This document shows, in pieces, positions 9,085 to 18,425 of a DNA stretch of 64,000 nucleotides (the first letter of the stretch is position 1; each line of letters opens with the position of its first letter). A program made the position numbers and the translations under genes. The DNA is from a bacterium (lineage in GTDB: Bacteria; Patescibacteriota; Minisyncoccia; UBA6257; Colwellbacteraceae), in assembly GCA_021787205.1 (NCBI GenBank), contig JAJYME010000004.1, positions 39,063 through 103,062 of the forward strand. The letters run 5' to 3'. Under the pieces are notes generated by a model. That model did no database searches. It saw only the letters and a program-made list of their open reading frames with translations, and had not been told where the DNA came from.

Positions 9085-10311
9085 ATGGCAAACAGTGTTA
9101 TTTTAGGGTTAGACATTGGGTCTGAAAACATAAAAACGGTTATTGCCGAGCCAGGTAATGGAAAACTTCGGCTGTCTTACGCGTCTTCAAAAAAGTCATT
9201 TGGTCTAAGGAGGGGAGCGGTCGTCGATATGGAGGAGGCAAAGAAAGCGGTGGCTGACGCCTTGAAAGAAATCAGGGGCTTCTATAAACCGGCAATCAAA
9301 AACATTTATGTTTCTGTTTCCGGATTCGGAGGTCATTATGACAAGACAGAAGGGACGATAGCTTTGGGAAGACCGGGCGCGGTGATAAACAAGAACGATA
9401 TCTTGCGCGCCGAAACGGAAGCGGCGGCGGTGCCTCTGGCGCCTAACCGAAAAATACTTCACACCCTAGTAAACGAGTATATCGTTGACGGGGCGCCGGA
9501 CATCAAGGATCCGATCGGGATGTCAGCAGCAAAGCTGAAGGTCTCCGGAATGGTGATCGACATCTTTACCCCGGCTTACAAGAACTTGGAAAAGATTGTC
9601 CGGTCAGTCGGGGGGGAGATAAGCGGAGTCGTTTATGCGCCGCTATCAGCCTCAATTTCAATCTTAACAAAAAGCCAGAAAGAAAATGGAGTCGCCTTGA
9701 TCGACATGGGGGCAGAAACGACCAGCTTGGTTGTCTATGAGGATAACAAGCTGATCCATCTCAACTCCTGGCCGGTCGGTTCCAAAAATATTTCGAACGA
9801 TCTGGCGATTGCCTTGCAGATCCCGATTGAAACAGCTGATAAGCTGAAGGTCACTTACGGATACGCGGTATCGCATGATATCTCGAGCAGGGATACAATC
9901 GATCTAAAAAAGATAGATACGGCGGTTGTCGGAACACCTTCAAGACGTTATGTCTCGGAAGTGATCGAAGCAAGATTGGAAGAGATCTTTGAACTCATTG
10001 ATAAAGATTTGGTCATGATAGGCAAGTCTAGAAAGTTGCCCTCAGGAATAGTCCTAACGGGCGGAGGGGCCAAGCTCCCAGGGATTGCGGAGCTGGCAAA
10101 GCACAAATTCAAGCTTTCGACTCAAATTGGGCTTGTGCCATCGGGACTGTTTGAAGTCATTGACCATAATCTATTAGAATATGTGGAATCGCCGGAATAC
10201 GCCGTAGTCTTAGGGCTTATTCTTAAAAGCGAGGACGTGGGAGATATCAGTTTGAACAACGACAGTTTGTTGGAGAATATAAAAAAGGTTTTTAAAAGAT
10301 TGACACCATAA
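9085..10311 (+). CDS. ftsA: Cell division protein FtsA
   Basis: GLDIGS, LIDMGAETT, IVLTGGGAKL actin-fold motifs; upstream of ftsZ. Confidence 0.95.
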   Translation: MANSVILGLDIGSENIKTVIAEPGNGKLRLSYASSKKSFGLRRGAVVDMEEAKKAVADALKEIRGFYKPAIKNIYVSVSGFGGHYDKTEGTIALGRPGAVINKNDILRAETEAAAVPLAPNRKILHTLVNEYIVDGAPDIKDPIGMSAAKLKVSGMVIDIFTPAYKNLEKIVRSVGGEISGVVYAPLSASISILTKSQKENGVALIDMGAETTSLVVYEDNKLIHLNSWPVGSKNISNDLAIALQIPIETADKLKVTYGYAVSHDISSRDTIDLKKIDTAVVGTPSRRYVSEVIEARLEEIFELIDKDLVMIGKSRKLPSGIVLTGGGAKLPGIAELAKHKFKLSTQIGLVPSGLFEVIDHNLLEYVESPEYAVVLGLILKSEDVGDISLNNDSLLENIKKVFKRLTP

Positions 10312-11684
10312 TGGAAAAAAAGAAAAATACAAAAGCAAGCGAGAGCAAGAAGGTGACAAAGAGCACGACTGCGCGCAGCAAACCCAAAACCAAGAAGAGA
10401 GAAGGAACCGTTACTTATAGCAATGGAAGATCCGATATCCAGGTACCGGCCGTAAAGATCAAGGTTGTCGGAATCGGAGGTGGCGGCAACAATGCCGTTT
10501 CCAGGATGAACAAGGATTTCATCCGCGGAGTGGAATTCATCGCTTTGAACACCGATGTCCAGGATCTGGAAAAGACCGGGATTCGCAGATGTATCAATAT
10601 CGGACGCAACCTCACCAAGGGGATGGGCGCCGGAATGAATCCCGATGTCGGCAAACAATCAGCCGAAGAGTCGCGCTCAGAAATAATAGAGACTTTGCAG
10701 GGAGCGGATTTGGTTTTCTTGACTGCCGGCATGGGAGGAGGAACCGGTACGGGAGCAACACCGATCGTGGCTGAATGCGCCAGGGAGGTGGGAGCTCTGA
10801 CCGTGGCCGTTGTCACCAAGCCTTTTGCTTTTGAGGGTGCCCAAAGATCAAGGATCGCCGAAGACGGAATCAATAAGTTAAGGGACAAAGTCGATGCCTT
10901 GATAGTCATCCCGAACGAGAGAATATTCTCAATAATCGGAAATGATACCCCGGTAATGAAAGCCTTTATGAAAGTCGATGAGGTTCTTAAAAATACCGTT
11001 TCCGGAATTTCCGAAGTTATCACTTCGAGCGGATTGGTAAACGTGGACTTCGCGGACATAAGAGCTATCATGCAGGGAGCCGGCGTGGCTCTTGTCGGAG
11101 TCGGAATCGCTTCGGGCGCCGACAGAGCGGTAAAGGCGGCTACCCAAGCAGTCCGTTCACAACTTCTGGAGAGATCAATCGACGGAGCTCATGGAATCCT
11201 TTTCGGAATTTCCGGAGGAGTCGATCTTAAGATGTCGGAGGTCAACGAAGCGGCAAGAATCATTACTGAGAATGCCGATCCTTCCGCCAAGATCATATTC
11301 GGCGCTTACTATGACAGAAAGCTTGCGAAGGGCAATATCAAGATCAACTTGATTGCTACCGGATTCAACGGTTTCGTCACCCAAAAGGAAGGGGAGAAAG
11401 AGACGGCCGTCAAACTTGGTTCGATTTCAACCGGTTCCGCGTCGTTATCCGACCTTTCTATGTTCAATACCATCCCAGAATCGATGGAGAAAGACAAGCC
11501 GACGACTGAGAACAAGATTAAAAATCTTTTTGGAATCGGGAATGAGAAAGACTTCAAAGAAGCGAAGCTTCCTCCCATGGAAAGCTTCGAACACAAGAAG
11601 CCTGTATCTTCCGAACCGGAAGATGATGAGGATAATGATGATATGTTCAACATTCCTTCAATTTTCCGCCGAAAAAAGAAATAA
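10311..11684 (+). CDS. ftsZ: Cell division protein FtsZ
   Basis: GGGGNNAV, GGGTGTG, NVDFAD, C-terminal IPSIFRR. Confidence 0.98.
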   Translation: MEKKKNTKASESKKVTKSTTARSKPKTKKREGTVTYSNGRSDIQVPAVKIKVVGIGGGGNNAVSRMNKDFIRGVEFIALNTDVQDLEKTGIRRCINIGRNLTKGMGAGMNPDVGKQSAEESRSEIIETLQGADLVFLTAGMGGGTGTGATPIVAECAREVGALTVAVVTKPFAFEGAQRSRIAEDGINKLRDKVDALIVIPNERIFSIIGNDTPVMKAFMKVDEVLKNTVSGISEVITSSGLVNVDFADIRAIMQGAGVALVGVGIASGADRAVKAATQAVRSQLLERSIDGAHGILFGISGGVDLKMSEVNEAARIITENADPSAKIIFGAYYDRKLAKGNIKINLIATGFNGFVTQKEGEKETAVKLGSISTGSASLSDLSMFNTIPESMEKDKPTTENKIKNLFGIGNEKDFKEAKLPPMESFEHKKPVSSEPEDDEDNDDMFNIPSIFRRKKK

Positions 11685-11713
11685 AAATCACCCGAAAGGG
11701 TGATTTTTATTAT

Positions 11714-12346
11714 TTAATGATCATGATGATGTCCGCAACCGCAATCGCCTTCATCTCCGCAATCGCATTCCTCCTCATCTCCGCAATCGCATTCCCCGTG
11801 TTCGCAATCGTGGGAATGAATATGTTCACCGAGGTAGTTTTCCGCGAGATATGAGAGTAATTTCTGATATTCTTCAGCTTGCTCTTCACTGATGTTCTCG
11901 TTTTCCAGCTGCTCAAAATCATTCAAGAGATTGGTATCTTCGTCGGAGAGGGTTTTATTGACGGCGGGGTAAACTTCTTCTTCCTCCTTGTTAATATGGT
12001 TGTTGGCGAAGGAGACATAATCCCGGGCGCTATTTATAAGGCTTTCATCATTAGCGTTGCCTTTGTAGCCTTTGATTTCGGACATAAAATTGTCGAAGAG
12101 AACCTTTTCTTGTTTATGTTCATCAAGATGAGGCTGAAGCTCCGGCATTCTTTCCGAAAGCAGATTGGCTTCTTTTTGGTGATGGATCGAGTAAATGAAG
12201 AGTTCTAAGAAGGCAGCAAGCTGTTCCAAATCTTCAATTTTAACCTCTTGTTTATTCTCTAACTTTTGACAAGCGGCTTCGGTGATGTAGAGCATCAAAC
12301 GAATGATATTATGCTCGTCTTGCAATTGTTCTATTAACGGATGCAT
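11714..12346 (-). CDS. Hemerythrin (HHE) domain protein with Cys/His/acidic C-terminal tail
   Basis: DEH, HHQKE, DEH, HINKEEEEVYP motifs; tail HIHSHDCEHGECDCGDEEECDCGDEGDCGCGHHHDH. Confidence 0.8.
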   Translation of the reverse strand: MHPLIEQLQDEHNIIRLMLYITEAACQKLENKQEVKIEDLEQLAAFLELFIYSIHHQKEANLLSERMPELQPHLDEHKQEKVLFDNFMSEIKGYKGNANDESLINSARDYVSFANNHINKEEEEVYPAVNKTLSDEDTNLLNDFEQLENENISEEQAEEYQKLLSYLAENYLGEHIHSHDCEHGECDCGDEEECDCGDEGDCGCGHHHDH

Positions 12347-12404
12347 GAAAATATTCTAACAGTTATCAACCTTTGTAGCCAGGGGGAGACGACCCCCACA
12401 AATC

Positions 12405-12432
12405 TTGACTGTTTGGTTAATTGGGATATAAT
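12405..12432 (+). promoter_or_regulatory. Sigma70-type promoter for tRNA-Asn
   Basis: TTGACT-16 nt-TATAAT about 35 nt upstream of the tRNA. Confidence 0.65.
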
Positions 12433-12467
12433 GATTAGGTACCTAAAAGAGGGTATAAATCGAATAT

Positions 12468-12768
12468 TCCCCTGTAGCTCAGTGGTAGAGCGGCTCGCTG
12501 TGGCTTAACGCAGCCTCCGAAAGTAATTTCGGTTGAATAACAAGGTGAATTCGGGGAAGTCCTGACCCATAAAGACAGGATAATCCCGAGCCAAGCTCTG
12601 ATAATTATCAGAGAAGGTGTAGAGACTATCTCGAAAGAGAGTACTTTTCCGACGAACGGAACGGGAAGCGCCTTGCATCCATTTTGGATGATGATATAGT
12701 CCATCCCTTTTAGTAATAGAAGGACAAGTGTAACGAGATGGTCGTAGGTTCGAATCCTACCGGGGGAG
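12468..12768 (+). tRNA. tRNA-Asn(GTT), intron-containing (exons 12468-12501 and 12731-12768)
   Basis: Joined exons give a cloverleaf: acceptor TCCCCTG/CGGGGGA, D arm GCTC/GAGC, loop CT-GTT-AA, T arm GTAGG-TTCGAAT-CCTAC, discriminator G. Confidence 0.93.
12502..12730 (+). ncRNA. Group I intron (229 nt, no internal ORF) in the tRNA-Asn anticodon
   Basis: 5' exon ends in U, intron ends in G; P1 GCTGT/GCAGC with U.G wobble; P3 CAAGGTG/CGCCTTG; P and Q motifs AATTCGGGGAA and AATCCCGAGC; P7 GACTAT/ATAGTC. Confidence 0.92.
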
Positions 12769-12773
12769 CATAA

Positions 12774-12800
12774 TAAAAACGAGGCGAAAGCCTCGTTTTT
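12774..12800. terminator. Intrinsic terminator after tRNA-Asn
   Basis: AAAAACGAGGC-gaaa-GCCTCGTTTTT. Confidence 0.8.
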
Positions 12801-12903
12801 CCATATGTAGCATGTTTTAATCGCGCATTAAGGGTTCAGGCATTGCGGGTTGGATCGTATTTGATTTACTGAAGAATAAACGCGCAATCTTTCATAGAGC
12901 TCA

Positions 12904-13398
12904 TTAATCTTTTTTGATTATATGTGTGAAGGTGTCTAATTTGTCGTTCATCATCAAATCCTTAACAGTGAACGGTCTAAGGTCTATTTCTCTCAATTCA
13001 TCAATAGAAACCCATTTGATAAATAAGCGCTTTTCTTCACCACGATCAATTTCTATGACTTCTCTGTCAACTGTTTCAAGGCATTCTTCCGGTTCAACAA
13101 TGTAGTAGTATTCTACACCATGTTGAACAATTCCTTTTTTCTCATAGAAATTTTCTTGAATACAAAATAGGGTTGCTTTTTTAACGGTGTAATCTAATTC
13201 TTCCTTGATTTCTCTAGCAACAGCGTCAAGAGAATCCTCGCCTATTTCAATGTGCCCACCGGGAATGTGATAATATGGCGCATTATCGACATTCATAATC
13301 AGGAATTTGTCATTGTGTCTGATAATTCCTACAGCTCGATTATAGTAATTATAATCATCCGTTTTGAATCTAATCTCTGGTTTCATTTTCAAATTCAT
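12904..13398 (-). CDS. NUDIX hydrolase
   Basis: PGGHIEIGEDSLDAVAREIKEEL Nudix box; visibly AT-rich. Confidence 0.92.
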   Translation of the reverse strand: MNLKMKPEIRFKTDDYNYYNRAVGIIRHNDKFLIMNVDNAPYYHIPGGHIEIGEDSLDAVAREIKEELDYTVKKATLFCIQENFYEKKGIVQHGVEYYYIVEPEECLETVDREVIEIDRGEEKRLFIKWVSIDELREIDLRPFTVKDLMMNDKLDTFTHIIKKD

Positions 13399-13442
13399 AT
13401 ATCTTAAAATATCAACGCTATGCTTTATCTTACCATATTTTT

Positions 13443-13530
13443 AGGGATCCAGTGATTACAAGCAATATCGGCAGATTTCCACCCAATTGCTATAGGAAAA
13501 TATATGCCGGAATTGGCAAGACAACCGGAA
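13443..13530 (-). pseudogene. Remnant of the 3' end of a paralog of the 15920..16666 gene
   Basis: 13443-13494 matches 15907-15958 at 44/52 nt; encodes YSNWVEICRYCL* versus YGNWVGICRYCP*. Confidence 0.65.
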
Positions 13531-13658
13531 ATTCTTCTTGAAAAATAGACGCTCAGTCCTTTTTATGCTTAAATCAAGCCATAAGATCCCGGTAATCGGA
13601 ACCGGGCTAGTGTCAGTCTCCTTTGGGGGAGCAGGTGGAAAATCTTAATAAAAACATC

Positions 13659-14597
13659 ATGAAAAATAAAACCATTATTTTTACGATCATTATTTTGGTC
13701 ATTATAAGCGGCGCTTTATTTATCGGTCTTAGGCGATCGCAACCATCCGGGAATATCGACAAGACATCAAGCCAAGATGCAATCGAAGCTCCCAAGTTTG
13801 AAGCTTTTAAAGCAACCAAGTTCTTTGCCGGCACTCCGGCGTCTCCCGACTTTAAGACGAGGGAGTCTGCTTTGCAATTCAAAACTGTTATTGAGAACGG
13901 AGCGAAGAAGGGGCCTAATTTCGCTGGCGCTTATACCGTCGTCTCTTGGGGATGCGGCTCAGCCTGTCAAAACCACGCCATCCTGGATGCGGAGAGCGGG
14001 AAGATCCTTGTTTTCGGAAATGATTATGTGACAACCAGGGACCTGAAGTTTAATAAGGAGAGCAATCTTATCATTTTCGATCCTTATGATCCCGAACTTA
14101 ACCCGGCTTCTTTGGAATATGACTTTCCAGCCCGTTATTTTGTTTTTGAAAACGGCGCCTTAAGAGAGATATATAAAGAATCCTGCCTGATGGGATCAGG
14201 GGGATTAGAGTGCGGACAGCTGTCCTTCGGGTTTATCAGATCGCTTTCCTCTAACGCTATCTCTTTCGATCCGATTGAGATGCTCTCAGGAACGATTGCT
14301 CGCGACCAGGCGTCAAAGGACTTAAATTGCCCAATCGATCGGGTGGAGGAATGCGCTCCCAGTCTTAATAATGATTACTATATCAGGAATCTGGATAAGA
14401 CGGCCGTTAATTTTCCAATTGACCAGAATACGATCTTTTCCGTGGAGGCAAACCAAGGATCGCCAGTTCTAAATGAGGTCTCGATTTCCGAATTCGGCAA
14501 CGAGTATTCCGAATCAAACAATTTGCGTCTGGCGCCGTTCAAGATAATGGTCAAGAATGGAAGAGTAATCAAAATCGAGCAACAATATTTACCATAG
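13659..14597 (+). CDS. Membrane-anchored extracellular protein of unknown function
   Basis: N-terminal TM from ATG 13659; GPNFAG.Y.VVSWGCGSACQ segment. Confidence 0.75.
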   Translation: MKNKTIIFTIIILVIISGALFIGLRRSQPSGNIDKTSSQDAIEAPKFEAFKATKFFAGTPASPDFKTRESALQFKTVIENGAKKGPNFAGAYTVVSWGCGSACQNHAILDAESGKILVFGNDYVTTRDLKFNKESNLIIFDPYDPELNPASLEYDFPARYFVFENGALREIYKESCLMGSGGLECGQLSFGFIRSLSSNAISFDPIEMLSGTIARDQASKDLNCPIDRVEECAPSLNNDYYIRNLDKTAVNFPIDQNTIFSVEANQGSPVLNEVSISEFGNEYSESNNLRLAPFKIMVKNGRVIKIEQQYLP

Positions 14598-14668
14598 TCG
14601 AAAAAAGAGGGACATTAGTCATTCTCCCTCATTCTTCCCAATATTCTTTTTTGATATAATAAATCGAT

Positions 14669-15094
14669 ATGAAGTACAGCGAGTTCAAAAGAACCATTAC
14701 CCAGTGTCCCTTTTGTTATGGGGACCATAATGAAACGATTATTGAAAACGATCGGGCTATTCTTACCTATTCTTTAGCGCCTTATCATAAGCATCATTTG
14801 CTAGTCATCCCCAAAAGACATGTTGAAAAGATCGACGACATTTCATCTGAGGAGTACGAAGCAATTGATTCTTTAATCAAGAAGGGAATAGAGATTCTTA
14901 AGGCGCTTGGCTATGATAACTATACTATCTTAGTCAGAGAGGGGGCCGGTTCAGGCCGAAGCGTTCCTCACATCCATTATCACGTTATTCCTGATATCAG
15001 GTTGGGGGATAATGATCACGCCGGCGCTGACAGGCTGATTTTGGAAGCCGATCAAATTGCGGCTCTGATGTCGGAAATCAAGAGTGTTCTTTAG
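14669..15094 (+). CDS. HIT family protein (second copy)
   Basis: CPFC, HLLVIPKRH, HIHYHVIP. Confidence 0.9.
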   Translation: MKYSEFKRTITQCPFCYGDHNETIIENDRAILTYSLAPYHKHHLLVIPKRHVEKIDDISSEEYEAIDSLIKKGIEILKALGYDNYTILVREGAGSGRSVPHIHYHVIPDIRLGDNDHAGADRLILEADQIAALMSEIKSVL

Positions 15095-15127
15095 GGCTGT
15101 CTGTTCTAAGACAGTTTCACTATAAAA

Positions 15128-15841
15128 ATGACCAAATTATATAAAAAACATAAGATATATATTTTTGCATTCCTGCTTGCTCTGATGCCGGCATCGACTC
15201 TGGCCGCTGCCAATTCAGGTAATGCGGGAAGCTCCACCGCTGCCGCGGTCGGCAGCGCGACGATAGCCAGCCCGGTCTGTTTCGTTTTCGCGAGGAACCT
15301 TGGATATGGCATGCGCGGAAGTGACGTCGCAAATCTTCAATCATATTTGGCGGCAAATACAAAGTATGCTGGCGGAGCGACCGGGTATTTCGGACCTCTT
15401 ACGCGCGCAGCCGTCGCGGCGTGGCAGGCAGCCAATAAAATTTCCTCGACCGGGTATATTGGACCGCTTTCGAGGGCGAAAATATCTTGCCCGAGCAATG
15501 AAACGACCACCTCTGTCATGTTCAATGCCAACCCGTTATCCGGGACGGCGCCCCTCGCCGTTGATTTCTCCGTATCATTAAAGAATGCAGGACAATATAT
15601 AATCGAGTTTGGTGACGGCGCTAACAGCGGTCCGCTTCAAAGCCGTTGTTTGAGCTCGAACTCCAGCCTTGGCGCGCCCAACGCCATATCGTGCGGGATT
15701 TCCGCGGAGCATTCTTATAAGATAGCCGGCGATTATACCGCGACACTTCTTCCATACATAGCCTGCCTTTACGCGACTACGGGCGTCCGATGTATGATAG
15801 CAACGATGCCGTTGGGGCAAGTAAAAATAACGGCGCGTTAA
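15128..15841 (+). CDS. Secreted protein with peptidoglycan-binding and PKD-like domains
   Basis: L..G.RGSDV..LQ..L and TGYFGPLTRAAV..WQ; P.SGTAPL.V.F and IEFGDG. Confidence 0.8.
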   Translation: MTKLYKKHKIYIFAFLLALMPASTLAAANSGNAGSSTAAAVGSATIASPVCFVFARNLGYGMRGSDVANLQSYLAANTKYAGGATGYFGPLTRAAVAAWQAANKISSTGYIGPLSRAKISCPSNETTTSVMFNANPLSGTAPLAVDFSVSLKNAGQYIIEFGDGANSGPLQSRCLSSNSSLGAPNAISCGISAEHSYKIAGDYTATLLPYIACLYATTGVRCMIATMPLGQVKITAR

Positions 15842-15919
15842 TGCTCATCAATAAGATCTGAAATATCAAGGCCAGCTGATAGCTGGCCTTTTTGTTCTTT
15901 ATTATCAGGGATTGAGTGA

Positions 15920-16666
15920 TTAGGGGCAATATCGGCAGATTCCCACCCAGTTGCCATAATAGAGCTTTGAATAATCAATAAGGTAGCAACCTTTGATATT
16001 GATTTCTTGTCCGCCATAATAATAATGTCCGGAACAATAATACAACGATCCGCAGCCGCTGTCGCACTTCGCGGTGTCCCTGTTATTCGTACCAGTTTTC
16101 TCTTTTACGCAACAATAGACGCCTGAAATGCCAGAGGAACAGTTTCCTTGAGGGGCAATCGTGGCGTTTCCAGTAGAGCAAGTATAACAATGGCTATTGG
16201 TGCCGTAGATTCCTTTGAGCCCTTTATCGTCGACGCACGTCGAGCCATAGAGATCGGTTCTTTGGATTATGTTACCGGGATTTTTTGGAAACGATCCCGC
16301 GCCAAAGAACCAAATGAAAAGGCCGATAATGAAAGCTATTATCAGCAGGGGAAGCGGATTGACCGGCTTGTCCTTCGCTTCCGGTCTGGCGTCGGGTTCG
16401 ATATCATTTCTGACGCCGCCGAAGAATATATAGAAAAACAATTGGGGGATGATGCCGTAATAAGCAATAAGGCCAATCGTGATAAGAACGACGGCGGCGA
16501 TGTTGTTTTTCACAGCCTCAATAATGATTTCTTGAGAAAAATTATCCAGGCGGATCTTTTGATTAAGGAGAAAGATCAGAATGAGGAAGAGGGGGAGGAT
16601 GAGATAGCACACCTTAAGGATGCGATAATACCACTTGCCCTCTAAAATTGATTTTTTAATTGGCAT
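15920..16666 (-). CDS. Membrane protein (three TM) with Cys-rich C-terminal domain
   Basis: Hydrophobic helices then about 12 Cys; ATG 16666 preferred as start. Confidence 0.75.
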   Translation of the reverse strand: MPIKKSILEGKWYYRILKVCYLILPLFLILIFLLNQKIRLDNFSQEIIIEAVKNNIAAVVLITIGLIAYYGIIPQLFFYIFFGGVRNDIEPDARPEAKDKPVNPLPLLIIAFIIGLFIWFFGAGSFPKNPGNIIQRTDLYGSTCVDDKGLKGIYGTNSHCYTCSTGNATIAPQGNCSSGISGVYCCVKEKTGTNNRDTAKCDSGCGSLYYCSGHYYYGGQEINIKGCYLIDYSKLYYGNWVGICRYCP

Positions 16667-16848
16667 GTTTTTATTAAAAAGACCTGGACCGATAGGGGGT
16701 CCGGGTCTCAAATGCCTCTTGTGAGTTATTATATCATTAGTCTGATTTTCTACAAGGCGAGACCGGTTCCAGGAGATGTGGAAAACGGTTTTCGGATTTA
16801 TGTGTTAAAATGTTGGAAAGGTCATAATTATAATTTGGTGACAAACTT

Positions 16849-17241
16849 ATGGTTAAAAAAAGAAAATTGATATTGGCGCTAACCATTTCGGTTTTCGCGT
16901 TTCTGGCTTTTTATCTTTTATCTAGCCAGCCAATCGTCTTAACCGGCAGCTGCGATCTTCATGACGCCATAGGAAACAGGATCTCAGTAAACCAAGGAGA
17001 AGTAGCGACTGTAGGGAAGATCCGGATCGGAGTCGTCGCCACAAAGGGCGATTTGGTGAGAATATCTCTCAAGACGGATAGTAAGGCTGAGGGTGAAAAT
17101 TTCAATCTGGCTCTTTGTGAGAGCCGAAGGGCAGACGGGTATCGGATCCAAGTCTTGGCTATCACGGAGAGACGCTGGCTATTATTTCCCAAACCAGGAA
17201 GCAGTACTGGCTCCGTTAGCCTCTTTGTGACCGGGGAATAG
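16849..17241 (+). CDS. Membrane-anchored hypothetical protein
   Basis: N-terminal TM; own extended -10 upstream. Confidence 0.65.
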   Translation: MVKKRKLILALTISVFAFLAFYLLSSQPIVLTGSCDLHDAIGNRISVNQGEVATVGKIRIGVVATKGDLVRISLKTDSKAEGENFNLALCESRRADGYRIQVLAITERRWLLFPKPGSSTGSVSLFVTGE

Positions 17242-17329
17242 CAACGACCGGTTCATCAAGCTTTTGTTCTGAATCCGTCTTCTTGCCGATCGATTGAGTC
17301 AAAAGTCAAAAATAAATTATAATTAAATT

Positions 17330-17806
17330 ATGAAATTATCAGACTTCTACAAGTTGGCGGCAGCTATCATAGTTTCGGAAATGGCAGGGATCATCGGATC
17401 AGCCTTTACTTTTCCGGCGATAGGTAGTTGGTACGCCGGACTTGTAAGACCGAGGATCGCCCCGCCAAATTGGTTGTTTGGCCCGGTATGGACCGCTCTT
17501 TTTCTGCTGATGGGCATTGCCGCTTTCTTGGTTTGGAGGAAAGGACTTGGAAATAAGGAGGTAAGATCGGCTCTTTTCCTCTTTGGAGTCCAGTTAGTTC
17601 TCAACGCCTTGTGGTCATTCATATTCTTTGGAGCGCATTCCTTAGGGGGAGCCTTTATCGAATTGGTCGTCCTTTGGATCGCGATTGCGGCAACGATGGC
17701 GGCTTTTTCAAGAGTCTCCAAGGCGGCGACCTGGCTCATGGTTCCCTACATTTTATGGGTCACATTCGCGGGCTTCCTAAACTTCCTGTTCTGGGTATTA
17801 AATTAG
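17330..17806 (+). CDS. tspO: TspO/MBR tryptophan-rich sensory protein
   Basis: WY..L..P...PPNWLFGPVWT, LNALWSFIFFG, PYILWVTFA. Confidence 0.95.
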   Translation: MKLSDFYKLAAAIIVSEMAGIIGSAFTFPAIGSWYAGLVRPRIAPPNWLFGPVWTALFLLMGIAAFLVWRKGLGNKEVRSALFLFGVQLVLNALWSFIFFGAHSLGGAFIELVVLWIAIAATMAAFSRVSKAATWLMVPYILWVTFAGFLNFLFWVLN

Positions 17807-17852
17807 TCACCGGATATGTTAGAATAAAGGAAAGGTCATAAATTATTAAGGA

Positions 17853-18059
17853 ATGCTAAAAGATCATAATCACGATTTGGTTCACCAGCTTTCCGAGACA
17901 TCCGACAGTATCTGGAGGATGGAAGAGTATTTAAAAAATGCCGACGGATGCGAGAGCTGCCAAGCGCTCTGGAATGAGATAAAGAACGATTGCGAAAAAC
18001 ACGCCGAGCTCTTAAAGGGAGAAATCGCAAGACATGTCAGCGAGAACAGATTCGAATAA
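17853..18059 (+). CDS. Small helical protein with CxxC, possibly ferritin-like half domain
   Basis: 68 aa, DHNHDL, GCESCQ.LW, EKH; own -10 element. Confidence 0.65.
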   Translation: MLKDHNHDLVHQLSETSDSIWRMEEYLKNADGCESCQALWNEIKNDCEKHAELLKGEIARHVSENRFE

Positions 18060-18151
18060 TTTGTCCTCGCGCACCTCTTAAGATATAATGAAAGAAGAGG
18101 GAATTAATACTATCCCCGCGTCTATAAACAAAGGTCGTATTTTAAAATCTT

Positions 18152-18358
18152 ATGAAGATATTAAATTGGTTAGCCCTTGTCCTTGTAATCGTCGGCGGAT
18201 TGAATTGGGGGTTGGTTGGATTCTTAAACTTTGATTTAGTGGCCATGATTTTCGGGACAATGACATTCCTTTCAAGAGCGGTTTATTCGCTCGTTGGGTT
18301 GAGCGCCTTATATATGCTTTTCGGCCTGACAAAGGTTAAGGAAGGAAATTGGTTATAA
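18152..18358 (+). CDS. DUF378-like small membrane protein
   Basis: LVIVGGLNWGLVG...FDLV..IFG...SRAVY.LVGLSA. Confidence 0.88.
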   Translation: MKILNWLALVLVIVGGLNWGLVGFLNFDLVAMIFGTMTFLSRAVYSLVGLSALYMLFGLTKVKEGNWL

Positions 18359-18425
18359 GTTAAAAAGAGGCAAAAGCCTCTTTTTTGTTTTTCTTGCCGA
18401 ACCCAATCGTGATATAATTTGCCAA

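Noticed and set aside
12435-12704. 89-aa minus-strand ORF as a gene or homing endonuclease
   Set aside because: It is antisense to the tRNA exon and intron core, has no nuclease motif, and the intron is fully accounted for by ribozyme helices.
13443-15958. Template/variable repeat pair of a diversity-generating retroelement
   Set aside because: Mismatches are not confined to adenines (AAT/AAC, TTG/CCC), the match is short, and no reverse transcriptase is in the window.
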